Shown here: piece after piece, positions 46,383-59,899 of the stretch
How the letters are laid out: each line of letters opens with the position of its first letter
Numbering within the stretch: the stretch's first letter is position 1
Assembly: GCF_009914755.1 (NCBI RefSeq)
Contig: NC_060934.1
From: the human T2T-CHM13v2.0 reference genome, Homo sapiens
Direction: 5' to 3' (one strand)
DNA: 64,000 bases
Notes under the pieces: model-generated
What the model saw: only the letters and a program-made list of their open reading frames with translations
What the model was told of the DNA's origin: nothing
The model's database searches: none
Program-made: the position numbers and the translations under genes

Positions 46383-47020
46383 TGAAACTACCACTGCAAA
46401 ATTATAACTGAGAAAGTGACAGAGATCTGACCTAACCAACTCCATCCTGCTTCTAACCTCCAAGCTGTCCTTGCTCATTCCTGGGTGTAGGCTGAATCAA
46501 CTTTGGGAGGAACTTAGTTATAGTTTATACTTTGAAACAAAGATAATAACAGCCCTTTCCCAAAACAAACCGCCTTCTTGCCCGAGAACTAGACCGCCTT
46601 TGTAGAGCTAACAAATTAGTCAAAAGATTAGAAATTATGGTTTAGGAGTCATGTAGCTGGAAGCTACAAGATTCTGACCCTCCCCAAATTGCTCCTGGGG
46701 ATAACATCACTATTGTAAAACCTAAGATTAGTGCCTGAGATATTTTGCAAACCCTGCACTTAATGGATCAGCTGGCACCATATAGATTGATAAACTGGCT
46801 CATCTGATCTTGTAGCCCCTATCCAGGAACTAACAGTGCAAGAAGACGGCTTCAACTCCCTGTGATTTCATCTCTGGCCCAACCAATCAGACCTCCTTTG
46901 ACTCACTGCTCCCCACCCTGACACCCACCAAATTTTCCTTAAAAACTCTGATCCCTGAATGCTCCAGGAGACTGATTTGAGTAATAAAACTCATGTTTCC
47001 CGCACAGCCGGCTCTGCATG
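46383..47020 (+). mobile_element. LTR8-family LTR, 3'-truncated
   Basis: tgaaactaccactgcaaaattataactgag...gactgatttgagtaataaaactc. Confidence 0.88.
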
Positions 47021-47058
47021 AATGAATGAATGAATGAATGAATGAATGAATGAATGAA
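47018..47058. repeat. (ATGA)n microsatellite
   Basis: About 10 visible units. Confidence 0.95.
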
Positions 47059-47994
47059 GAGATCCCCAGGTGATTCTCATAAAAGCCTGGGGTGAGAGCC
47101 AATGCTCCTGAGAAATACATTGAGCCTGCTGGGTGTCGGTATCTGTCTGCATTAGATCAAAACCCCTAACAGCCCCAGCTGTCCACTGGTGAGATTCTAG
47201 GCTGGTTTCTTCTTTGTGCTTCCACACTGATACTTCTAGGACTCCCCGCAAATCATCTCCTGTACCCCTCAAATTGCTTGACAAAGATTTAAGTCTGATC
47301 TCATACCAGGTATATACACTGGTATAATGGTACCAGTTGTTTAAATATAATATTTCCAAACTTGCTGGCAAACAGCTGCTGTTCCAAGCTCCTGAGGGTC
47401 CCCCACCTTTCCATCATCCACCCTATGACCCAAATCCATTCTGACTGGTCAGTGGTGATAGTTAAACATTGTATTATCCCTAGCTTTGATGACCTGGTGC
47501 TTTGCCCCACCACACTAAAACTTAGAGGTTGAAAGTATTTTAAGTAATGATTTTTAAAAAATAACAGATGGGAGAAAAAATACCTCCAAATCATATATCT
47601 GATAAAGAGGTTGTATCCAGAATATATAAAGAACTGCTACAATTCAATAATAGAGCCACAAACAATCCAATTAAAAAGTGGAGGTAAACTGTGTATGGAT
47701 ATCTCATCAAAGAAATTACACAATTGGCTAAGATAACACCATTAATAAGAAGAAAAATACAAATTTAAATGACAACAGAAATTCTACACACTCACTAGAG
47801 TGGCTATAATGAAAACATCTAACATGACAAAGTGTGGTGTGAATGTGAAAACAAAACTGGAATTCCCATACATTGATTTGAGAATGTACAACCACTTACA
47901 AAAGTTTGGCCGTTTTCTTAGAAAGTCAAACACACATCTATTAGCAATTCTGCTCATGGTAATCTACCCAAGAAAAATAAAACAATGTCCTAAG

Positions 47995-49090
47995 AAATGA
48001 AAATAAAATTCTAAGCCCCCAACTGACTGAATAGAACCCCTCTTGGCCAAAGAAACCCTAGAGAAACCTTGGAAGCTGAGTCACAGTGACAAGGGATAGA
48101 TTAGCCACGCCTTACTATACTCCCACCCTCCCACCCTCCTAACAGCCATCAGGCTTTCTTCCCCAAGGGCTAAATAGAAACTAGTCCTTTCAAAAGACTA
48201 CTACCTTATCTTCACATGTACAGAACAAATACAACATGAGATTAATCATTCCTTCACCCCCCGAGATGAAATTAACCCTTTCTTCACTCCTCCTTGAGAC
48301 GTGTTTTCTCTATTCTCTTTTTCTTCAAACATTCACCTTATCTTACGTAAAATGTAGATTTACTGGGCACTAACTAAACTCTCACAAGTATGTAATCATT
48401 TGTCTCACTGCTGTCCCACCCTTTCCCCTTTATAAGGAAAAATATATAAATACTAAATATCCTGAGAACCTCTTTGTGAAAAACAACCATAGAAGCTTCT
48501 GTTTTTTCTGGGCATGCCCTCAGGGTGGCTCAATAAAGCTCCATGATTTGAGACTTATGCCTCACACTCATGTTAGCAGTCATTTCATTAACTCTGACGG
48601 GATCTCAGGGAAGAGATCAGCCCCTTTGACCCGCAGCAATTCTCCTATCAGTGCTGGCAAGAGATTCTCTCTGACAGATTGTGCACATCACCAATGCTCA
48701 AAAGCTGCTCTCTTCTCCTGAGGTTCCCTGATCTGAAATTTTTGATTTCAGATCCCAAGGTTCATTTTGCCACAGAACTCCTCTAAAAAGGGAGTTTGCT
48801 CACTTCCAATGGAGAGCAGTCTTCAGCGTGGGCCCCATCTCCAGGTAAGGAGCTGGTTTGGGGTTTTATTTTGGGATTTGGTAGCTGAAGGTCAAGGTTT
48901 ATTGCCAGCTGGCTGTAATTTCTCCTTAAGCTCAGAGATCTCAACTATATGTAAATTATGAAATCACTTTTTCTGTTTTTTGGTTTTAGTCTATCTTCCA
49001 TTAGATTTGACCAACTCTTCCTCCCAGCCACAATGTTGACTAAAACTCCATAGTTGCAGAAAGTCAAGCTCCAACCCCGGAAACACCAGC
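47995..49090 (+). mobile_element. MER4-group ERV1 LTR plus 5' leader fragment (family unresolved)
   Basis: aataaaattctaagcccccaac start typical of MER4-group LTRs; TATA near 48444, aataaa near 48532, leader donor-like ccag|gtaagg near 48844. Confidence 0.6.
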
Positions 49091-49340
49091 TGGTTAAAAG
49101 AAATCAATATTTTACCCCCCAAAATATATTTATTTGACATATTATAAAGTGGCCCAGCCAGACCTTCCCTAATTTGGATCTAGGAAAGATTAGCTAAGAG
49201 TCTTCATTCTGAAGGTTCCCATGTAAACATGATTAAATAAATTGTATACTTTTTCTCCCATTAATCTGCCTTTTGTGAGTTAATTTTTCAGCAAAACTTC
49301 AGAGGGTCAAGGGGAAAGCTCCTCCTTGGCCCCCACAATT

Positions 49341-49358
49341 TGGCATAGCCAGTAGGAT
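49341..49358 (+). promoter_or_regulatory. Primer binding site, tRNA-Ser-like
   Basis: tggcatagccagtaggat vs TGGCGTAGTCGGCAGGAT (14/18, all transitions), 3 nt after the LTR end. Confidence 0.6.
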
Positions 49359-50713
49359 CCCCAAAATCACTCTTCTCTTTTGGAAGTCAGAATGAAGAGA
49401 ACTCAGGAAACTTACAAGCCAGCAAATAGGTAAGAAATTCTTATCAGTGAGCCTCCTGGCCTCCTTGTGCAATCTGATTGAACAGATGGTTAAAAATCAC
49501 CGTTTTGTCTCAAAGTTTTGATTATTGGGAAAAAAGGGATTTGTGTGACTAGTCTTGGGGTGTAGTGACTCTGGTGTATTTTTGGTACTTTATGGTGTGA
49601 ATGTTCATATTGTTTGACCCCTTGCCTCTCAGAAATAGCCTTTTTTGTTGCCATTTTCCTTTGTCTTTCTGTGTTGTTCTCTCATAAAGAGCAGTGTCAT
49701 AGGGTAGAGAACATGGGCCTAGAATCCCTATAAGCCTGCTGTTCAAGCCAGCCCTGCAGATGAGTCCATTTTATGGTTCTGACTAGACCGGTGTCTGTTT
49801 AGACAAACTTCGCTGTGGGCTCCTGAGAGGGAAACTGGATGAGTTTTCCCTCTTGTCTTGTTTTATGTGCTTGGGTTACTTTTCTAGTCTCTGCCATCCA
49901 GATGGCATGATTTTTCAGGGTCAGGCCAGCCAGCCAATCTGAAAAGACTAGGAGTCCAAGACACATAATATTTTAAGTAACACACTGTTCTGAATGTGTC
50001 AAGCTCTTGAGAGGAGTTTTGACTTAAAAGTTCCATCCCTCCGGGGCTTTTGCAGTCTTTCGCTGGCTTAAGTCTATTTCTGAGAGAGAATTTTGGAGGA
50101 TCACGGGGATTGCTTCCTCTATGCCCTCTCCAGGAATATATGGTAAAAACCTGGAAAATTACCACCTGGGCTTTAAATGAAGAGGCTTTTGAATTGAGTC
50201 ACTACTGGAACTAAGTACACTATTGGAAATAAAAAAGATTTTAGAGATCTCTTATTCTAAGCAATTGATGGAAAGGTTAAATTTTTAAAAGAATCCGTAA
50301 TAGCGTTATAGCTAGCCTTAAAAATTCTCTTTAAAGAGCAAAATCTGACCTAAAACAAAGTTAAAATCCCTTGTACACTCAAACTGCCTGCTTTTGATTC
50401 CATGTGGGATTAACAACGGAAGCTGCTCCACTTTGTAGTCTGGTAGTTAAAATTCATGATCATGGAATCAGTCCTTTTGGTTTGATATTTGTATGACTTT
50501 TGCCACTTATTGATCCTTTTCCCTTCCATGGACAGCTTTTGATTTCCTGTCTTCCATCTGTGGGGGCATATGGTGGTTTTGGGCCTTTGTGTGTAGATGA
50601 CCAGCTGAGAAACTGAGACCATAGAGTATATGGCCAGACAGACAAAAATGAGTTGTACCCCATTTGTGGCCTTTTTTTTTTTTTTTTTTTTTTTGCTGTC
50701 TTTGGTGTCATTC

Positions 50714-51416
50714 TGTTACCAGCAGCAGATCCATATGGGCCTAAAGCAACCTCAGTTCTTGCCTCCTCAGAAGAAAGAATTTGTCTGAGGGGTATAAAGG
50801 AGAAGAAGATACCAAAGCAAGTCTTAGAGTAAGACTAAAAGTTTATTTAAAAGCTTTAGAGCAGGAATAAAAGGAAGTAAAGTACACTTGGAAGAGGGCC
50901 AAGCAGGTGACTTGAGAGATCAAGTGTGCCATTCGACCTTTGACTTGGGGTTTGATATGTTGGCATATGAGGGTCTTGTGTCCCTTCTCCCCTGATCTTT
51001 CCCTTGGGGTAGGGTATTCACATGCGCAGTAGCCTGCCAGCGCTTGGGAAGGGTGTATGCACAGTACGTTTACTGGAGTTGTACACATCTCACTTGAGGT
51101 GTTTTTCCCTTACTAGTTGAATATCCCTAGGAGGTCAAATATCACTTAAACTCCACTATTTGCCATTTGATGCACAAGGTTGAACCCACTCGCCCCACTC
51201 CTGAGATCTTATCAGGAAGCTGCTGATCACCAGTTTCAGGTGTTTCTGTTTATCGGGAGACCGCCTTTTCCTGAGTCTGGCTATGACCAATTATTATTTT
51301 GGAGAGAGAGTTAACAACTGCCTGACCATCATCTGATGGTTGCCTGACATTCCTGGTGTTGGGGAGAGGAGCCCTATCCTGCCCTGGTCATGTCTGACTA
51401 CCTACCTACTGTAACA
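50714..51416 (-). mobile_element. MER50 solo LTR
   Basis: TG...CA termini (tgttacc...tactgtaaca), exact TSD attc. Confidence 0.88.
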
Positions 51417-51486
51417 ATTCTGGATCTTAAGAGGACTGCTTTGCACTGCTTTGGAGATACTTTGTGTGTTCTTGGCTAAGCCATAA

Positions 51487-52275
51487 TGGTACGAACAGGA
51501 GGCAGGAAAATACTGGGTAGGAGAGGGCAGAGTCCCTGGCAAGGGTTCCACCTGCAAGCCTGTGCCTGTGGCCCTAAATGAGAACTTCACATCCCTGTTT
51601 CTCCCACCGAGTGTTGCTTTTTCCAAAACCACCTGGGCCTGCTATGCCCCCAACCTATAACCATAAAAACCCCAAGCTCCACTGGCAGAGGAGCAGAGCA
51701 GTGTGGCAGAGAAGGAGAAAAGAGAACAAGCAACTGAATGTTGAGATGAGAAGGAGCAACTGAGCATCAGAGACTAGGAAAAGATGCAGCTTAACTTCAG
51801 AAGACAAGACTTCAGAGAGGAGCCCAGACATAGATGGCTGGGCTTCAGGGAAAGATCACCTTCTTCCCGCACCATCCCCTTTCCAGCTCCCCTTCAGCTC
51901 AGAGCCACCTCCATCACTCAACAAAACCTCCACGTTCACCATCCTTCGAGTCTGTGTGACATGATTCTTCCTGGACACCAGACAAGAACCTGGGTACCAA
52001 GAGGGCAGGGTATATGTCTCCCCACTGAGCTAGTTAACACTTAGCCATCTTTGGACAGCAAATACCAAAAGAGCATTGTTTGTAACACATGCCCTCTGGG
52101 GTTCCAGAGGTTGTGGGCAACTGCTAGAATGTGCCATGGGCTGGTACGGGTTCATTCCTGCCAGCGCCTAAAGGCACTCCCCCCAGCTCCTGCACCTGCT
52201 CACCTGCATGCTCCCCCTCCCACAAGAGGTTTGAGCTCAGCAGCTGAGCAAAACGAGCCACCACCCCTCCCCACT
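51487..52275 (+). mobile_element. LTR1/LTR28-family LTR (3' end incomplete)
   Basis: tggtacgaacaggaggcaggaaaatactgggtaggagagggc resembles the LTR1 5' end. Confidence 0.8.
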
Positions 52276-53992
52276 CCTTCAGGTTTGGTAAAGGAGTTCA
52301 AAGGCCAGAAATATCAGCTGTTTATCCCAGGTAATAAGAGATCTGAAAGAATTTTTTTCTTTTAAAGACTTCTATGGTTAGCAGTCAGCTTCATTAAAAG
52401 CTGATATCTAAGCTATAATTACAATTTTTTTTTAAAAGAGCTTTATGCTGTTTCTCTTTTTGGATCCTGTCTTGGGGATTTTTATTTATTTATTTTTTCT
52501 GAATCCTGTCTGTTCCTCCTTCCTCTTGCAACCTCCAATGTCATAGAAGGGACCAAAAGAAGGGGAGGAATTTCTGACAATCTAAGATCTTTTGGGGAAA
52601 ACATAAAAGTTGACAAAGACTCCTCTGTTGGGAGGAAAATTTTGTTTTTCCTTATGAAAACCCAAGAGTTGTAAGCAGACAGATGCCTCTCAGGTCTAAA
52701 ACTCTGCACTGTTTTATATTGCATTACCTGGTCTCTAGCTTTTGCGGGGTACCAGATATTACTTTGTACTATGAAAGGTCTTGACATTGGTGTGTGCACT
52801 GGCTGGTGAGTTGGGCAATAGCTACAATGTTAGGGGTGGCTGAAGACAGTTATTTACAGGAAATGGTCATTACTATAGGGGGCTACTCATTTCTTTGCAT
52901 GTTTGGATGAGAAAAGCATGGTTTGGGCCCTAAAAACCACATGCTTTATTGTCCCTGTTCCTTAAAGGACTCCACCCTGAAGCCAGTTATCTAAATAACA
53001 CACAAGCTAAGTTGAAAAAGAACACCTATTAAATTAAATCAGTCTTTGAATCTCTTTGTGAAAGAAATTTACATCTTTAAAGGAAATCATCATTTGTAAA
53101 TGCACCTCTGTCTCTGCACCTAAACCGCTAGGAAGTTTAACTACAGGGAAGACAGTGTCTTAAAGTTAACATAACAAACCTTGCTTGCCTTTGTTTTGTT
53201 CTAAGTTCTGTGCCTTTGAGGTATGCATTTTCTACTTTCTCTCCCCTAAGAGTCATGTGTTTGGAGATGCAAATGTAGAGTTGCCTAGCTAATAATTGTT
53301 TTAAGGTATGAAACAGGTAATAAAGAGATTGATACTCTAAATTAGGGGAGAGAAATTTTTTGAAACCTGACAAATGAAAAATCTTATAACTCTGTAAGAT
53401 CTGCTTCTATGTGTCTATATGTTTCTATGTGGCATGTGTATGTGATGTTTCACTACCAAATTTTATGAAAGCACTCTAATCAATAGGCTTAAAGGAAATT
53501 AAGTGCTTAAATCAAATATCAGAACAACATGCTAGCCCAAATGCCTGTTAGCTCATGAGACTTTAGGAATCTTTGATAAGTAAAACTAGTTGTAAAATTT
53601 CTTTAGTAATTTAAAATCTAGAGATCATGTTATATTAGGTAATCCCAGGTTTTTCACTGTAAATTAGGGTTACTTAGTTAGAATAGTTGTTAATAAATAT
53701 AATTAAAACTACTAGATATAAGAGAATTCTACATGCAGAGTTCATAAAGAAACTAAGATGCGTTTTGGTAAAGGTTATAAATAACATGAGGATGTGGTTT
53801 TTTGCTAAAGAAAAAGTAAATTTGTCTAGTTTGGAGGCTACATAAAGATTTCTTCAAAATGAAGAAAAAATGAGACAGATAAAATTAAATGGATAGAAAG
53901 AGAAAGGATAAAAGGGTAGGGAATGAGGAACCCTTGACGGGGTCATCCATGGTATGGAGCTGCAGCTGTGCTGTATTAAGTTCCTAAAGGTA

Positions 53993-54339
<347 letters not shown>

Positions 54340-54964
54340 TTACCAGTGGAGTTTAGCAATGGATCCAGCTCCTGGGGAACTGGTTCACAAGATACATGAG
54401 GAAATGCAAACTAATAAGGAAAAAGAGAAACATTCAATCCCTTGGTTATTGTTATCTATAATAGCTAAAACAAAAGTAAAAGAGTGTGCTGGGCTGGGCC
54501 TTGGCCAAACCAAGTTCTGATGAGGGACTGTCTGATCTCAGATCACCAGCCTCAAAGCCACCTGCAAAGGGGAAAGATAGACTGGGGCAACAAAAAGTAC
54601 CTCTGAGACCTGTGATTACCAAGAAGGTAGCTAATGTGAGGGAAGGGTAAAACCAATTAACTACTGAAACCAGAGGGCATAATGTAAAGGAACTGTTCCA
54701 TTTTGCACATCAGTATCATCAGCTTCCTAAAAAACCTTTACTAAAACGGATTGTAACAGTGACTGATTTTGGAGTAGTATCTTGCATTTTAAATACGACA
54801 GAGTGGAAAAAAGATGTGTAGGTTGATGCAGGACACACAGCTCACTACTGAAAAATCACAGATGGGCAAATGTGATACAGACTGACAGGAGGGTATTCTT
54901 AGAGAACAGCTGATATAGAAGTTAGAAAGAAATTATTGGGCTGGGCACGGTGGATCACACCTAT

Positions 54965-55415
54965 TGTCAGGCCTCTGAGCCCAAGCCAAGCCATCGCATC
55001 CCCTGTCACTTGCACGTACACACCCAGATGGCCTGAAGTAACTGAAGAATCACAAAAGAAGTGAATATGCCCTGCCTCACCTCAACTGATGACATTCCAC
55101 CACAAAAGAAGTGAAAATGGCCTGTTCCTGCCTTAACTGATGACATTGTCTTGTGAAATTCCTTTTCCTGGCTCATCCTGGCTCAAAAACCTCCCCCACT
55201 GAGCACCTTGCAACCCCTACGCCTGCTCGCCAGAGAACAAAACCCCTTTGACTGTAATTTTCCTTTACCTACCCAAATATTATAAAACGGCCCCACCCCT
55301 ATCTCCCTTTGCTGACTCTCTTTTCGGACTCAGCCCGCAGGCACCCAGGTGATTAAAAGCTGTATTGCTCACACAAAGCCTGTTTGGTGGTCTCTTCACA
55401 CGGACGCGCATGAAA
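54965..55415 (+). promoter_or_regulatory. 5' LTR7 (TATA 55281-55287; ATTAAA 55352-55357)
   Basis: tgtcaggcctctgagcccaag...gacgcgcatgaaa. Confidence 0.95.
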
Positions 55416-55417
55416 TT

Positions 55418-55435
55418 TGGTGCCGTGACTCAGAT
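55418..55435 (+). promoter_or_regulatory. tRNA-His primer binding site
   Basis: tggtgccgtgactcagat, 17/18 to TGGTGCCGTGACTCGGAT. Confidence 0.93.
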
Positions 55436-55827
55436 CGGGGGACCTCCCTTGGGAGATCAATCCCCTGTCCTCCTGAAAAGATCCACCTACGACCTCAGGT
55501 CCTCAGACCCACCAGCCCAAGGAACATCTCACCAATTTTAAATCGAGTAAGCGGCCTCTTCTTACTCTCTTCTTCAACCTCTCTCACTATCCCTCAACCA
55601 CTTTCTCCTTTCCACTCTTCAATCTCTCCCTTCTTTCAATTTCAATTCCTTTCATTTTCTGGTAGAGACAAAGGAGACATGTTTTATCCGTGGACCCAAA
55701 ACCCCGGCGCCGGTCACAGACTGGGAAGGCAGCCTTCCCTTGGTGTTTAATAATTGCAGATACGCCTCTCTGATTATTCACCCACGTTTCAGAGGTGTCA
55801 GATCACGCAGGGACGCCTGCCTTGGTC

Positions 55828-56275
55828 CTTCACCCTTAGCGGCAAGTCCCACTTTTCTGGGGGGGGCAAGTACCCCAACCCCTTCTCTCTGTGTCTCTAC
55901 CCCGTCTCCACCTTTCTGGGGGGCAAGAAACCCCTAACCCTTCTCCTTCACTCTTAGCAGCAAGTCCCGCTTTTCTAGAGGAGGGGCAAGTACCCCAACC
56001 CCTTCTCTCCATGTCTCTACCTCTTCTCCGCCTTTCTGGGGGGCAAGAAACTCCCAACCCCTTCTCCTTCATCCTTAGCGGCAAGTCCTGCTTTTCTGGG
56101 GGAGGGGCAAGTACCCCAACCTTGTATCTCTGCGCCCCGATCCCTTATGTCCATGCCCCGACCTCTTATATCTCTGTGCTCCGATCCCTTATTTCCACGC
56201 CCCAACCTGTTATATCTCTGCGCCCTGATCCCTTATTTCCATGCCCCGACCTTGTATCTCTGCGCCCCGACCCCT
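55828..56275 (+). repeat. HERV-H leader tandem repeats (about 119-bp unit x2.5, then about 21-bp units)
   Basis: cttca(c/t)(c/t)cttagc(g/a)gcaagtcc at 55828, 55946, 56067; then tatctctg(c/t)gc...cccttat repeats. Confidence 0.8.
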
Positions 56276-56356
56276 TTCCCACTTTTCTGGAGGGTAAGAA
56301 CCCCTGAACCCCTTCCCTCCTGTCTCTATCTTTTCTCTGGGCTTGCTTCCTTCACT

Positions 56357-57560
56357 ATGGGCAACCTTCCACCCTCCATTCCTCCTTCTTCTCCCTTAGC
56401 CTGTGTTCTCAAAAACTTAAAACCTCTTCAACTCACATCTGACCTAAAACCTAAATGCCTTACTTTCTTCTGCAATGCCACTTGACCCCAATACAAACTC
56501 AACAGTGGTACCAAATAGCCAGAAAATGGCACTTTCAATTTTTCCATCCTACAAGATATAAATAATTCTTGTCGTAAAATAGGCAAACGGTCTGAGGTGC
56601 CTGACGTCCAGGCATTCTTTTACACATCGGTCCCTTCCTAGTCTCTGTTCCCAATGCAACTCGTCCCAAATCTTCCTTCTTTCCCTCCCGCCTGTCCCCT
56701 CAGTCCCAACCCCAAGCATCACTGAGTCTCCAATCTTCCTTTTCTACAGATCTATCTGACCTCTCCCCTCCTCGCCAGGCCGAGCTAAGTCCCAATTCTT
56801 CCTCAGCCCCCTCTTCTCCACCCTATAATCCTTTTATCACCTCCCCTCCTGACACCCGGTCTGGCTTACAGTTTCATTCCGTAACTAGCCCTCTGCCACC
56901 TGCCTAGCAATTTACTCTTAAAAAGGTGGCTGGAGCTAAAGACATAGTCAAGGTTAATGCTCCTTTTTCTTTATCCCAAATCAGATAGCGTTTAGGCTCT
57001 TTTTCATCAAATATAAAAATCCAGCCCAGTTCATGACTCGTTTGGCAGCAACCCTGAGACTCTTTACAGCCCTAGACCCTAAAACATCAAAAGGCTGTCT
57101 TATTCTCAAAATACATTTTATTACCCAATCTGCTCCCAACATTAAATAAAACTCCAAAAATTAAATTCTGGCCCTCAAACCCCACAACGGGATTAATTAA
57201 CCTCGCCTTCAAGGTGTACAATAATAGAAAAAAGTTGCAATTCCTTGCCTCCACTGTGAGACAAACCCCAGCCACAACTCCAGCACACAAGAACTTCCAA
57301 ATGCCTGAACCGCAGCGGCCAGGCGTTCCTCCAGAACCTCCTCTGCCAGGAGCTTGCTACAAGTGCCAGAAATCTGGCCACCAGGCCAAGGAATGCCTGC
57401 AGCCCAGGATTCCTCCTAAGTCACGTCCCATCTGTGCAGGACCCCACTGGAAATCGGACTGTCCAACTCACCTGGCAGCCACTCCCAGAGCCCCTGGAAC
57501 TCTGGCCCAAGGCTCTCTGACTGCTTCCCAGATCTTCTTGGCTTAGCGGCTGAAGACTGA
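56357..57560 (+). pseudogene. HERV-H gag remnant
   Basis: MGNLPPSIP start; NC knuckle CYKCQKSGHQAKEC intact, second knuckle mutated (RPICAGPHWKSDC); stops and deletions. Confidence 0.88.
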
Positions 57561-57626
57561 CACTGCCTGATCACCTCGGAAGCCCCCTAGACCATCACGG
57601 ACTCCGAGCTTCGGGTAACCTTCACA

Positions 57627-59880
57627 GTGGAAGGTAAGTCCGTCCCCTTCTTAATGAATACGGAGGCTACCCACTCCACATTACCTCCTTTTCAAGGGCC
57701 TGTTTCCCTTGCCTCCATAACTGTTGTGGGTATTGACGGCCAGGTTTCTAAACCTCTTAAAACTCCCCAACTCTGGTGCCACCTTAGACAATACTCTTTT
57801 AAGCACTCCTTTTTAGTTATCCCCACCTGCCCAGTTCCCTTATTAGGCCAAGACACTTTAACTAAATTATCTGCTTCCCTGACTATTCCTGGGCTACAGC
57901 CACATCTCATTGCCACCTTTTCCCCCACTTCAAAGCCTCCTTCACATCCTCCTCTTGTATCCCCCCACCTTAACCCACAAGTATAGGATACTTCTACTCC
58001 CTTCTTGGTGACCGATCATGCAACCCTTACCATCTCATTAAAATCTAATCACCCTTACCCCACTCAACGCCAGTATCCCATCCCACAGCACGCTTTAAAA
58101 AGATTAAAGCCTGTTATCACTCGCCTGCTACAGCATGGCCTTTTAAAGCCTATAAACTCTCCTTACAATTCCCCCATTTTACCTGTCCTAAAACCAGACA
58201 AGCCTTACAAGTTAGTTCAGGATCTGTGCCTTATCAACCAAATTGTTTTGCCTATCCACCCCATGGTGCTGAACCCATATACTCTCCTATCCTCAATACC
58301 TCCCTCTACAACCCATTATTCTGTTCTAGATCTCAAACACGCTTTCTTTACTATTCCTTTGCACCCTTCATCCCAGCCTCTCTTCGCTTTCACTTGGACT
58401 GACCCTGACACCCATCACGCTCAGCAAATTACCTGGGCTGTACTGCCGCAAGGCTTAACAGACATCCCCCATTACTTCAGTCAAGCCCAAATTTCTTCCT
58501 CATCTGTTACCTGTCTCGGCGTAATTCTTAGAAAAACACATGTGCTCTCTCTGCCGATCGTGTCTGACTGATCTCTCAAACCCCAACACCTTCTACATCC
58601 TAGGCATGGTTAGATACTTTCGACTTTAGATACCTGGTTTTGCCATCCTAACAAAACCATTATATAAACTCACAAAAAGAAACCTAGCTGACCCCATAGA
58701 TCCTAAATCCTTTCCCCACTCCTTTTTCCGTTCCTTGAAGACAGCTTTAGAGACTGCCCCAACCCGAGCGCTCCCTGACTCATCCCAACCCTTTTCATTA
58801 CACAGAGCTGAAGTGCAGGGCTGTGCAGTCGGAATTCTTACACAAGGACCGGGATCGCGTCCTGTAGCCTTTTTGTCCAAACAACTTGACCTTACTGTTT
58901 TAGGCTGGCCATCATGTCTCCGTGCAGTGGCTGCTGCCACCCCAATACTTTCAGAGGCCCTTAAAATCACAAACTATGCTCAACTCACTCTCTACAGCTC
59001 TCATAATTTCCAAAATCTATTTTCTTCCTCACACCTGATGCCTATACTTTCTGCTCCCCAGCTCCTTCATCTCTCTGATCCACCTGACGTTCACCCCATT
59101 TCCCCACATTTCCTTCTCCCCTGTTTCTCACCCTGATCACACTTAGTTTATTGATGGCAGTTCCACCAGGCGTAATCGCCACACACCAGCAAAGGCAGGC
59201 TATGCTATAGTACAAGCCACTAGCCCGCCTCTTAGAACCTCTCATTTCCTTTCCATTGTGGAAATCTATCCTCGAGGAAATAACTTCTCAGTATTCCATC
59301 TGCTATGCTACTACTCCTCAGGGATTATTCAGGCCCCCTCTCTTCCCTACACATCAAGTTCAGGGATTTGCCCCCGCCCAGGACTGGCAAATTAGCTTTA
59401 CTCAACATGCCCCGAGTCAGGAAACTAAAATACCTCTTATTCTAAGTAGACACTTTCACTGAATAAGTAAAGGCCTTTCCTACAGGGTCTGAGAAGGCCA
59501 CCGTAGTCATTTCCTCCCTTCTGTCAGACATAATTCCTTAGTTTAGCCTTCCCACCTCTATACAGTCTGATAACAGACCAGCCTTTATTAGTCAAATCAG
59601 CCAAGTAGTTTTTCAGGCTCTTAGTATTCAGTGAAACCTTTACATCCCTTACAGTCCTCTGTCTTCAGGAAAAGTAGAACAGACTAAAGGTCTTTTAAAA
59701 ACACACCTCACCAAGCTCAGCCACCAACTTAAAAAGGACTGGACAATACTTTTACCACTTTCCCTTCTCAGAAGTCAGACCTGTCCTCAGAATGCTACAG
59801 GGTACAGCCCATTTGAGCTCCTGTATAGACGCTCCTTTTTATTAGGCCCCAGTCTCATTCCAGACACCAGACCAACTTAG
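57627..59880 (+). pseudogene. HERV-H pro-pol remnant (protease, deleted RT, RNase H, integrase)
   Basis: Protease site NTEA (dead DTGA), LDLKHAFF, WAVLPQG with no YxDD following, FIDGSS, QDWQI, QSDNRPAF. Confidence 0.9.
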
Positions 59881-59899
59881 ACTGTGCCCCAAAAAAACT

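Noticed and set aside
55828-56275. Regularly spaced repeats resembling an array (CRISPR-like)
   Set aside because: Diverged tandem units without unique spacers; a known feature of the HERV-H leader in a eukaryotic context
57214-59136. HERV-H gag/pro/pol ORFs as functional proteins
   Set aside because: Fragmented frames, protease DTG changed to NTE, RT YxDD region deleted, stops in integrase
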